64,000 bases of DNA from Octopus sinensis. Lineage: Eukaryota. The stretch is from assembly GCF_006345805.1 (NCBI RefSeq), contig NW_021828015.1:92468-156467 (forward strand). Direction: 5' to 3'. Each line of letters begins with the position of its first letter. Position 1 is the first letter of the stretch. A program made the translations under genes and the position numbers. The notes below the pieces were generated by a model. It saw only the letters and a program-made list of their open reading frames with translations. It was not told the DNA's origin and ran no database searches. Of the stretch, positions 41,182 through 52,783 are shown one piece after another.

Positions 41182-41582
41182 GCATAGGTGTGGCTGTGTG
41201 GTAAGTAGCTCCCTTACGAACTACATGTTTCTGGGTTCGGTCCCACTGCCTGGCATCTTGGGCAAGCGTCTTCTACTATAGCCTCAGGCCAACCAAAGCC
41301 TTGTGAGTGGATTTGGTAGACGGAAACTGAAAGAAGCCCGTCGTATGTCTATATATATATAAACATATGTATGTGTGTGTATATGTTTGTGTGTCTGTGT
41401 TTGTCCCCCCCCCCCACCAACATCGCTTACATCCCTGTAACTTAGCGATTCGGTAAACGAGACCGATAGAATAAGTACTAGGCTTACAAAGAATAAGTCC
41501 TGGGATCGATGTGCTTGACTAAAGGCAGTGCTCCAGCATGGCCACAGTCAAATGACTGAAACAAGTAAAAGAGTAAAGAGAG
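41182..41582 (+). mobile_element. SINE family A, full length
   Basis: Same head, (TA/TG)n and tail layout as 18858-19272. Confidence 0.85.
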
Positions 41583-42254
41583 AGAGAGAGAGAGAATAAC
41601 ACTGTGAGTAGATGAGAAGCATTACATCTGATGGAGTAATCTGAATGCTGAAGAGTTAATCTGATGGGTTACTTTTTATAGAGCACAAATTAATTATTTT
41701 AGAGCACAAATTAATCTCTACATTTATAGAGAACAAATTAATTATTACGGAGATGTACTCGCATAGCAAGTAATTTGATCTGAGATCGTGTGCTGAAACG
41801 AAAACAATTGCAGCGTGGAAGGTGTTTATAAGCCATTTAAGAAACACACAAAAGCCGTTCGATTCACTTCAACATTTAAGTTTAATTTGTCAAAATATTT
41901 TCGTCGCTAAAATCCGCAACCTGTTCACTGACAAAGTCCGTGCTGCATCTAAGAAAGTAACAGTTAGTTCGTCATATATATGTACGTATGTATGTGTGTA
42001 TGTATGCATACATGTGTGTACTTATACAGAAATGTTGTTGACAGTGTCTGAAGTTTCATTTAGCAAAGTTATCATCAGACAATGGTTTAGCTGGCTAAAA
42101 CTTTGAAGTCACTGTCAAGAACAGTCTTCTATAAGAATAATAAATATATGCATGTGTGTGCATATTGTTACTAATGCTAGACTTGTTATGGCAGAAAACA
42201 AGGTCCTTTGGATCCCAGCTTCAACAGAAACAACATCATCATCATCATCATCAT

Positions 42255-42695
42255 CTCATCATCATCGTTTAACATCCGTTTTCCGCGCTAGCACGGGTTG
42301 GACGGTTCGACCAGGGTCTGGGAAGCCAGGAGCTGCTCCAGGCTCCAGTCTGATCTGGCAGAGTTTCTACGGCTGGATGCCCTTCCTAACGCCAACCACT
42401 CCGTGAGTGTAGTGGGTGCTTTTTACGTACCATCTGCACAGGTGCCGGGGGGATCCGGCATCGGTCACGATCGGTTGGAGCTTTTAACGTGCCAGTGGCA
42501 CGGAAGCCAGCCAAGGCGGCGCTGGCAACGTTCGGATGGTCTTTTTATGTGCCACCGGCACAGGAGCTAGTCGGGGCGGCGCTGGCATCGGCCACGTTTG
42601 GATGGTGCTTTTTATGTGCCACCGGCACAGAAGCCAGTCGGGGCAGCGCTGGCATCGGCAACGTTCAGATAGTGCTTTTTATGTGCCACCGGCAC
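42255..42695 (-). mobile_element. SINE family D ((GAT)n tail) with internal tandem repeats
   Basis: Plus-strand ctggatgcccttcctaacgccaaccactcc motif followed by five ~58-67-bp units ending tttta(c/t)gtgccaccggcac. Other copies lie at ~1340-1620, 1640-2200, 7000-7230, 16610-16920, 45520-45745, 53340-53505 and 56185-56385. Confidence 0.8.
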
Positions 42696-44249
42696 CTCAG
42701 ATTTTGATAAGCAACCTTTTTTCATATCAGCCAACTTGAATTCATTGGTCATCCTGTGATACAAATTCCCTGTTTAAAGTGTTTTAAATTGCAACCTTCC
42801 ATCAAAAATTTTTTGTTCAATTAAGTTTCAAACAACAACTTAATAATGACAAAGCTGTTTTATTAAATTCTTCCCTGTTTATAAAATCAGTTGAAAACAC
42901 ATGAAATGTGTTCAACAGAAATACTAAAATGTTAATAATTTTGACACCAACCTGTCTAAGACCACCCCTGGTTCTGTGATACAAAACTTCCTGTTTCAAA
43001 GTGATCTAAAAACCTTCCATCAAAATTTCAAGTTAATTCATGTCCCAGACACCAATTTAATGACAAAGCTATTTTGGTAACTTCCTCATGCTGTTCAAAA
43101 TTAATTCAATCAAAGGCAATGTATTTCTACAGAAATATGGCAACTAAAGAGTTAAGTTTCATCTCTAATTATTAAAAACAGGAGCTGGCAGAATTGGTAG
43201 AGCAGCAGGTAAAATACTTGTGGCATTTTTATTACACTACATGTCTTTAATTCTGTGTTCAACTTCTACCAGGTGCAACTTAACCTTTTCTCATTCCATA
43301 GTGAGGCAGGTGGGGGTGGAGGGTGTTGAAAAATTAAATACCAGTTATGTAATGAGGTATATCTTGGCTGACTTCATACAATCTGAAAATATGAGGCATT
43401 CTGCCAATGTGATAAATTAATCAATTGTTGATTTCTAATACAGGCACATCATCATCATCACCATCTTTGAACATCCCCTTTTCCATGGACCATATAGAAT
43501 TTGACGCAGAAGATTTTCTATGGTTGGATGCCCTCCCTGTCCCAACCTTCACCTGTTTCTAAGTAAGGTGACATCTTCTTATGGCCAGACATGTTTTCAG
43601 AGAAGATTGGAACATATGATGTCCAGATAAGGACACACTGACACACACACACACACACACACAATGGCTTCTTTCAGTTTCCATCTATCAAATTCACTCA
43701 CAAGGGTTTGGTTGGCCTGTAGCTACATCAGAAGATCTTTGGTCAAGGTACCTCATAATGGGACTGAACCTGAGATCAAGTGTTTGGGAAGTAAACACAC
43801 TTGCATATGGTCGTACATTCTGAGAGACAAAGCTAATTAAGATATACTCCAATATATTACCAGTACTTATTTCCTCTCTCCCTACCCCAGAAGAACAGGC
43901 AAAATCCACCCCACTAGATTTGAACCCTGAGTCTAAAGATATTTAATTAAATGCTGTAAAGCATTTTGTAACAATATTTTACAGATCCACCATTCTTTGT
44001 GGTATCAAAGAATGATTTCTAATTCTGGCACAGGGCCAGCAAATTCAGAGGTGGAGGCTATTTCATTACATCAGCCCCAGTACTCAACTGGTACTTTTAT
44101 GATTATAATTACTTTTTTTTCTTCTTCTTTCTTCAAATTTTCTTCCATTTTTCGCTGTGTGTTTTCCATACACTTAGGGCAGAGAAGCTCATTGTATGCA
44201 TTCCCAGATTACACACACAAATTCACAGGTAAAATATGTATATAAAAAA

Positions 44250-44480
44250 AATTAATAAATAAATAAATTCATGAATGGATGTTGCTTATCACAGCAATAA
44301 TGCTCTTCTCAGTACATGAGTTGTTCTAGTTAACATGATTTTTTGCACTTCCTATAGGGATAGTAAGCCTGGTATCACTTTCAAATAGGTTTCAGTACCT
44401 TTTTTTAACATTCCTAGAGATCCTACAATCACTGGTACTGTAGTCGCCTTGAGATGCCACATTTTTTCAATTTCTATATT
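44250..44480 (-). mobile_element. second R4/Dong-like fragment
   Basis: EIEKMWHLKATTVPVIVGSLGMLKKG (end of ORF 44352..44834). Its 5' side abuts an (AAT)n run. Confidence 0.75.
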
Positions 44481-44593
44481 ATTAATATTATTATTATTAT
44501 TATTATTATTATTGTGCTGGTGCCATGCACAAATCATCCAAGTACACTCTGCAGAGTGGTTGGCGTTAGGAAGGGCATCCGACCATAGAAACC

Positions 44594-44629
<36 letters not shown>

Positions 44630-44899
44630 AAAGATAATGATGATGATGGCGATGATGATGATGGTGGTGGTGGTGGTGATGGTGATGATGATGACGATGA
44701 GGGTGATGATAATGATGGTAATGATGATGATGATGATGGTAGTGATGACCCTGAAAGGACAAAAGGCAAAGCTGACTTCGGTAGAAGTTGAAACGAACAC
44801 ATAAAGCGCTGAAAACAAGCATTTTGTCCGACATGCGAACAGCTCTGCCAGCTCGCTGCCTTATGTGTTAACAAATATCAGAAAGGTAAATCTACAAAC

Positions 44900-44980
44900 C
44901 AGCAAGTCTTCATAGGAAACTGTTTTTCTTGAAATGAATTCCTTGTGGCTTAGAGGAACTTGAGAGAAAGTGTCATAAAT
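44900..44980 (-). CDS. CFAP221: CFAP221/PCDP1-like internal exon (81 nt, 27 aa IYDTFSQVPLSHKEFISRKTVSYEDLL)
   Basis: Minus-strand acceptor tttcttttattgcattacag|ATT and donor CTG|gtttgt, phase 0-0. It aligns by eye to human CFAP221 'APDGLGLVPIKSSEVQIKQSYSFFNLQ' (recalled), which directly precedes the VPQ motif of the next exon. Confidence 0.75.
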
Positions 44981-45360
44981 CTGTAATGCAATAAAAGAAA
45001 TAAAATAAAATAAAATAAATGAATAAAAGATAACACCATGATACCATAAAAAAACAAGCATTACAGTAAATGAGACATTCCTAAAAATAGCTTCCTGTGT
45101 TATTAGATTATTGTACATTATTAATGCTTTTCTTTTATCTTTTACTGTTTTAGTCACTGGACTGAGGCCATCCTGGGGCAAAATCTTGAAAGGTTTCGTC
45201 AAAGAAATCAACCACCATACAGATTCTATAGGTTGCTATTACGAAAGTGCTAAGTTTGGCAACATAACACTGGTTGTTAGGTAGCGGGTGGATGGGAGAG
45301 CTTATATATATATATATATAATAAATCTCTAAACGAGGTATAAACAGTAACTGCACGACA

Positions 45361-45471
45361 ATGTGAGGTATACTTGCCATCTCAATATGGCTAACCACTA
45401 AGGGTGGGTGTTACAAGCTACAGTAACACCCACCCTTAGTGGTTAGCCATATTGAGATGGCAAGTATACCT

Positions 45472-45476
<5 letters not shown>
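45361..45476. repeat. perfect 54-bp inverted repeat, 8-nt loop
   Basis: atgtgaggtatacttgccatctcaatatggctaaccactaagggtgggtgttac-aagctaca-exact reverse complement. Confidence 0.95.
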
Positions 45477-45512
<36 letters not shown>

Positions 45513-46689
45513 TCACCATCATCATCATCGTATAACGTCCGTTCTCCATGCTAGCATGGGTTGGACGGTTCGACCGGGGATCCGGGAAGCCAGAAGGCTG
45601 CACCAGGCTCTGGTCTTATCTGGCAATGTTTCTACAGCTGGATGCCCTTCCTAATGCCAACCACTCCGTGAGTGTAGTGGGTGCTTTTTACGTATCTCCA
45701 GTCCAGGGGTCCTGGCATCTGCCGGGTGCCAGTCATAGGATTGGTTAAACACACACGCACACACATATACATGAGACTTCTACACAATTTCCAGCTACCA
45801 AATTCATTCATGAGGTACCAATCAGGCTGGAACTATTATAGATGACACTTGCCTAAGTTTCTAGATGGTGGAATTGACACTAAAACCGCAATATTGCAAA
45901 GCAAGATCCTTAACCACATGGCCATCTATAAAGCATTGTTACAAAATGCTTTGCAGCATTTAATTACTTATCTTTAGACTCAGGGTTCAAATCTAGTGGG
46001 GTGGATTTTGCCTGTTCTTCTTCTGGGGTAGGGAGAGAGGAAATAAGTACCAGTAATATATTGGAGTATATCTTAATTAGCTTTGCCTCTCAGAATGTAC
46101 GACTGTATGCAAGTGCGGCTGTGTGGTTAAGAATTTTACTTCCCAAACATGATCTCAGGTTCAGTCCCATTATGAGGGACTTCTTTTCAGTTTCCATCTA
46201 TCAAATCCACTCATAAAGCTTTGGTCAGCCTGAGGCTATAATAGAAGACACTTACCCAAGGTGCTATGCAGTGGGACTGAACCCTTTTATTTTACTTTTT
46301 ACCTAAAAGCTGTCCATCAATGCTGACGCTGACACTGTCTTCTAAGAGTCTTATCCTCTTTTGTTTTGTTTTTTTACCCTTTAGCATTCAGATTGGTCTG
46401 TCAAATATAATGTTAATTAATTCACACTGTTCTGAAATTAATCATACTCTATCTCGTCACTTTGAGATTTAGATGATGTGATTGTTGGCTTTTAGAGTTT
46501 CTTTGCAGTGTAGGTATGAGAGGCCTGACCTGGTCAGTTTCAACATTAAACAAGAAGAATATTTAAGTCTGATATGGCCGGTCTGAATGCCAAAGAGTTA
46601 AAGGTGCTCATATTGATGTAAGTTGCAGTAATTTGGCTGCTATTTCTGACAACTGAAGCAACCACAAAAAAAAAAAAATTCACACATCT

Positions 46690-46850
46690 AGGTGTAGAAG
46701 TGGCTGTGTGGTAAGTAGCTTGCTTACCAACCACATGGTTCTGGGTTCAGTCACACTGCGTGGCACCTTCTACTATAGCCTCGGGCTGACCAAAGCCTTG
46801 TGAGTGGATTTGGTAGACGGAAACTGAAAGAAGCCTGTCATATATATATG

Positions 46851-46881
<31 letters not shown>

Positions 46882-47097
46882 TTGTTCATGTGTCTGTGTT
46901 TGTCCCCCCCAACATCGCTTGACAACAGATGCTGGTGTGTTTACGTACCCATAACTTAGCGGTTCAGCAAAAGAGACCTAATGGAATACGTACTAGGCTT
47001 ACAAAGAATAAGTCCTGGGGTCGATTTGCTCGACTAAAGGCAGTGCTCCAGCATGGCCACAGTCAAATGACTGAAACAAGTAAAAGAGTAAAAGAGA
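46690..47097 (+). mobile_element. SINE family A, full length
   Basis: Same layout; the tail runs into (GA)n. Confidence 0.85.
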
Positions 47098-47629
47098 GAG
47101 AGAGAGAGAGAGAGTATCTCACACATTAAACCCCTTCCTCAGCAATGCTTAAAGTCCAGAACAGTTTAGTTGGCTGCAAATTTGTAATAAAAAATGAACA
47201 TCTTATGGTCGTGCTCCAGCATGACCACAGCCGCATGGCTGAAACAAGTAAAAGAATAAAAAAGTATCCTGTCCCACTAGTTCTACTCAATCAGCCCGTC
47301 TCCAGCAAACCATTCGCTTCATTCTTCTGCTGGATATTAAATTCAGAAACTATAATATTTATGTAGAGGTATATATATTGGTGTATATTATTACAGTCTC
47401 CATGAAAAAAATTAGATTATTTCAGGCCAACTCTATAGCAAATAACTATTATTTTCATCATTGTCAGCTGGATGCTGAAGGTCAGTTTATTTACTGTCTT
47501 ATGGGAGTAGAACAACTGGTAATCGAAAGCACACAAATATTTCATCTTATGAACTGGTTTATAATTAGCAACATTACATACATGTGTGTGTATGCATATA
47601 TTGCATATGTGTATTTGTGTGCGTAGGCA

Positions 47630-47649
47630 GGAAGATAGATAGATAGACT

Positions 47650-47735
<86 letters not shown>

Positions 47736-47762
47736 CAGACAGATAAATAGATAGATATATAT

Positions 47763-47857
<95 letters not shown>

Positions 47858-47912
47858 CAGATAGACTGATAGATAAATAGGTAGGTAAGTAGGTAGGTAG
47901 GCAGGTAGTTAA

Positions 47913-47988
<76 letters not shown>

Positions 47989-48030
47989 TGATAGGTAGAT
48001 AGAAAGACAGACACAGATAGACATAGATAG
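47630..48030. repeat. (TAGA)n compound microsatellite
   Basis: Direct reading. Confidence 0.95.
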
Positions 48031-48521
48031 ATAAATACAATGAGATATAGCATAGAGGAAAATACATACATACATACATATATATAAATATATATATACA
48101 TACACACACACACACATACATACATACATACATACATGAATGTAGACAGACACATCTATTTGCATGTGCACATACACTCATATAGATAGAGACAGACAGA
48201 GACAGTGACATACATAAAGACAGAAATTCACAACGGAATACAGGAAACACAAATAAACTACTGCAAAATATTGTTTTTGTGTGTTGGTTTTTATTTAGCT
48301 TATGCACCTTTTTTGTTTGTTTTTTTTTTTCTCACACTCATCATTGCATTCGGTGCCATTGGACGGGGCAGGGGACATATGCACGTGTGTGTGTGTGTGT
48401 GTGTGTGTGTATTTGCATATTCATACTGAGCGAGTGGATAAACATAGGAAAGCAGGCATTTAGCTGTAGACGTACATAAATAGAGCAACTGATGAGCAGA
48501 TATACATACATACATACATAC

Positions 48522-48598
<77 letters not shown>

Positions 48599-49049
48599 CA
48601 CACACACACACATATACATATATGTATACACATATATATATATATATATACCCACACACATATATATACATATATATTTATGTATATTTATACATATATA
48701 CAAATATATGTATATATTTATATGTATGTATGTGTATGTGTGTGTGTATATATATATATACATGACACACACATACATATAAATACATACATATATAAAG
48801 ATATATGTGTATATATACGCATACATCGGTGTATGCATTTATATACATGTATCCATACACACACACACACACACACACATATACATATACATATATGTAT
48901 ACACATATATATATATATACGTATATATCTTTATATATCATCATCAGTTAATGTCCATTTTCCAAATAAGTAAAGGAATCAATAAATAAAATAAAAAAAA
49001 TAATAGGATTATAACAAAAACAGACAGGTAATAAAAGACAAACAAATGG

Positions 49050-49086
<37 letters not shown>

Positions 49087-49404
49087 TGCACATAGACATA
49101 CACACAAAGCAAATCAGTCAGACAGATTGATTGATAGATTTCCCCGGTTCATTTACAGCGCAAAACACAAAACACAACAAAACCTGCACCACCTCGGCAA
49201 CAACAACATCAACAATTTACTCCTGTCTAGGCTGTGAAAATAATATAATTGCTTGGAATATTAAAGAAGGACCAGATTAATAAAAAAAATTTATAGGCAC
49301 AGGAGTGGCTGTGTGGTAAGTAGCTTGCTTACCAACCACACGGGCCGACCAAAGCCTTGTGAGTTGATTTGGCAATCGGAAACTGAAAGAAGCCCATCAT
49401 ATAT

Positions 49405-49771
49405 ATTTGTTACATAAAATCTGTTCTGTCTGTGTGTGTGTCTTCTAGGATCTCGGGCATCCTCCATCCGATTGCACTCAAATTTGATATGTAGATACCG
49501 ATGGTATCAGGGCGTGTATAAGTCTTGAAAAAATTACAAAAATCGATTCCAGGTGAGAATGTGATCGATAAAGCCGTGGGAACGTGCATTTGTACGTGCA
49601 AGTACATCAGCTTTTGTGATCTGTACTATGCGTACACGAGAAAAATGCTCATGCAGTTTGCGCAAAAAAAGCCAGCTGGCTTGAAATAATACCACAAAAT
49701 GGGACGGTCCAACAAGTTGTTTTGAGAAAATTTGGTCTAAATGTTTGACAACTCAAATGGGGGGCATTTTG

Positions 49772-49780
<9 letters not shown>
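49405..49780 (+). mobile_element. Helitron-like non-autonomous element (partial)
   Basis: The start 'aaaatctgttctgtctgtgtg...ccgattgcactcaaattt' resembles the 5' end at 35729(-). It is CpG-rich and flanked by (TA)n. No clear CTAG end is visible. Confidence 0.5.
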
Positions 49781-49808
<28 letters not shown>

Positions 49809-50227
49809 TTACATATAAGAGATCAATGTGTACATATGCTGCTATATTTTTTTATATATATAAAATACAACAATGGGACAACAAAACATCCAGAAAGACA
49901 ATACAAAGAAAACAAGGATGGATCATTTGGAGTTTTCTGTCCTCAGTCGAGTTCCAAATTATCATTGCAATTTTGGCTATATATATACATATATATGTAT
50001 GTATGTATGTGTGTGCATATGTTTGTGTGTCCCTCCTCCCCTGCCAACATCACTTGACAGCCAATGCTGGTGCATTTAGATCCCTGTAACTTATCGCTTT
50101 GGCAGAGAGACTGGTAGAATAAGTACCAGGCTTACAAAGAATAAGTATGGGAGTCGATTTGCTTGACTAAAATGTGGTGCTCCAGCATGGCTGCAGTCAA
50201 ATGACTGAAACTAGTAAAAGAATAAAA

Positions 50228-50288
<61 letters not shown>

Positions 50289-50333
50289 TGTGTGTGTGTG
50301 CATATATATGCGTGAGTGTGTCTTATGTATGTA

Positions 50334-50549
50334 AGAAGGGGTGCTGAAAAGTTCCTGATTTTAAGTGCATCATGAAAAGTCTAATTGAAGGTCCAAACTT
50401 CCAAGTTCTTTTACAGGGCTTAGAAAAACTGAAGGAACGCTGCAATAAATGTGTGAATCTGAGAGGGAAATATGTTTTATAAAAATCATAATTTAATTCC
50501 TCCTGTATTTACTTTTACCGAAAGCCAGGAACTTTTCAGTAATCCCTCA
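50334..50549. mobile_element. mariner-type MITE
   Basis: TIRs are ...ggggtgctgaaaagttcctg / caggaacttttcagtaatccctc, flanked by TA. Confidence 0.75.
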
Positions 50550-50944
50550 TACATATGAAGACATAAAGAGATTGTTTTTAGTCTGAAATGCCTTTAAAAG
50601 ATAATGACTAAAAGTAAAGAGCTTCCGTTGGTCAATTTAACCAAGTGTAAGTGTACTTGACTTGACCGTTATCAGGGGCCAAAGGCAAAAGCAATTTAAA
50701 AAATGTTTTTTCTGTTGTGGAAGACTAGCTGATGCCCATCCAGCAAGTCTCCCTTTTTTCCAGACCATCATTGTTTCATTCCAAGGGAAAACAAGAGCAC
50801 TCAGAGAGCGCAAACCTCCATCAAGGCAGCACCAACATTCTCTCAAAGATTTAGCCAGAGATGATTTTTAAAATGAGAACATCTGAAATAAACTTGACTG
50901 CTCCCACAAACAATAATACTAAAAATGAACACGACTGCTCTCAA

Positions 50945-51142
50945 AAATTAAGTAAAAAAAAACAAGAAAAATAATCCAGAATCTTTGTCGAGTACCAGAT
51001 CAATCTCAAAATCTAATAAGTTTGTGCCAGTCACGAGGCCAAAGTTTCATCCGAATCCATCCAGTGGTTATTGAGATATCTTGTTCACAGACAAACAAAC
51101 ACAACTGAAAGCAATACCTCGCCTTCACTAAGGCAAAGGTAA
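50945..51142 (+). mobile_element. Helentron/HINE-like non-autonomous element
   Basis: Body 'aaagtttcatccgaatccatccagtggttattgagatatc...acaaacaaac' and terminal imperfect palindrome tacctcgccttcactaaggcaaaggta. Confidence 0.45.
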
Positions 51143-51591
51143 TAAAAGTAAGCACTGACACAAGTCAGCACCCAAGTTGCTGCATTATTTCAACTCAAAG
51201 CATAACCAGCCAGGACAAATGCCACAAGGCATTTCATCCTCTGTTTTAACAGCTCCATACCCTGATTGGTATCTTTATTCTACAGACTTCATAGGGATGA
51301 ACAGCAGAGTTGGCTTCAGCAGGATTTGAACTCAAAGCATAAAAACCCAGAACAAATACCACAAGGTATTTCGTTCACCACTTTAATGATCCCATTAATC
51401 CACTTTCCTGATCTGCTAATTTATTTCATAGACTTTAGAGGGATAAGAAGCAATGTTGACCTCAGATGGACTTGAACTCAGAGCACAAAGGGCCTGATTA
51501 TATCACAAAGCATTTTGTTCTTGTCCATTGCTGTAACAGCCCTATTGACCCCACAGCTTTGAGTGTGTATTGTATTTCATAGACTTTAGAG

Positions 51592-52783
51592 CAGTGTTTC
51601 TCAACTGACTTTTAGCTATGGACCCCTTTGATTCCTGTTCAATTCAAACGGTCCCTGCCAGTCATTCAATGTTTAAAAAATCCTCTGCTTACCAACCACA
51701 TGGTTCCAGGTTCAGTCCCACTACATGGCACCTTGGACAAGTGTGTTCTACTGTAGCTTTGGGCCAACCAAAGCTTTGTGAGTAGATTTGGTAGGCGGAA
51801 ACTGAAATAAGCCCATTATATGTGTGTATGTGTGTGTGTGTGTGTGTGTGTAGGTGTACATGTGTATATATGCTTGTGTGTCTGTGTTTGTCGCTCCCAG
51901 CATCGCTTGACAACCAATGCTGGTGTGTTTACATCCCTGTAACTTAGCAGTTCGGCAAAAGAGACTAATAGAGTATGTACTAGACTTACAAGGAATAAGT
52001 CTTTGGGTCGATTTCTTCAACTAAAAGCGGTGCACCAGCATGGCTGCAGTGAAACGACTGAAGCAATCAAATTACCATCATTGACAACGTCATAATTTAA
52101 TATCCATTATCCATGCTAAATGATGATAATGATGATTTAATTCTAGAGATATAAAAGGACACTTTTAACATCGAATGACTGGCAAGGTGTGTCTGAGTAG
52201 AATACCAATCAAAGAAGACCATTGGTAAAGATCATAAGGAATTGCATGAAACCAATTATTAAAATATTTCGTGTAGTATAGGAGCTTAATCAATTTATTG
52301 TGGATAAATTTTAACAAGGAAATTTTATATGATTCCTAAATGGATTGTGGTTGAGAAATGCTTTGTGATATATTCGGGCCCTTTGGAGGCAATGGCCCAG
52401 TGGTTAGGGCAGCGGACTCGCGGTCTTAGGATCGCGGTTTCGATTCCCAGACCGGGCGTTGTGAGTGTTTAGTGAGCGAAAACACCTAAAGCTCCATGAG
52501 GCTCCGGCAGGGATGGTGGTGATCCTTGCTGTACTCTTTCACCACAACTTTCTCTCACTCTTACTTCCTGTTTCTGTTGTACCTGTATTTCAAAGGGCCG
52601 GCCTTGTCACTCTCTGTGTCACGCTGAATATCCCCGAGAACTATGTTAAGGGTACACGTGTCTGTGGAATGCTCAGCCACTTACACGTTAATTTCACGAG
52701 CAGGCTGTTCCGTTGATCGGATCAACTGGAACCCTCGTCGTCGTAACCTACGGAGTGCTTCCATCCATGGTTGAGAACCACTG
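51592..52783. mobile_element. hAT (Charlie-like) MITE carrying nested SINEs
   Basis: TIRs are cagtgtttctcaac / gttgagaaccactg. The flanking 8-mers ctttagag / tgttagag form a degenerate TSD. Two SINEs lie inside. Confidence 0.7.
52385..52758 (+). mobile_element. SINE family C, full length (tail type 1)
   Basis: Pol III A box tggcccagtgg and B box ggtttcgattcc; CpG-rich; ends ...cgtcgtaacctacggagtgc. Confidence 0.85.

Larger units (their letters stand above)
43750..46168. repeat. long-range inverted duplication (43750-43975 vs 45935-46168) flanking the 81-nt exon
   Basis: The 178-bp core (43798-43975 vs 45935-46115) has 8 substitutions and one 3-nt indel by manual alignment. Near-identical ORFs 43694..43909(-) and 46001..46216(+) show the same match. 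Confidence 0.92.

Noticed and set aside
52385-52460. tRNA-like sequence with A and B boxes
   Set aside because: There is no closing acceptor stem, and it continues into a multi-copy SINE body, so it is a SINE head rather than a tRNA gene.
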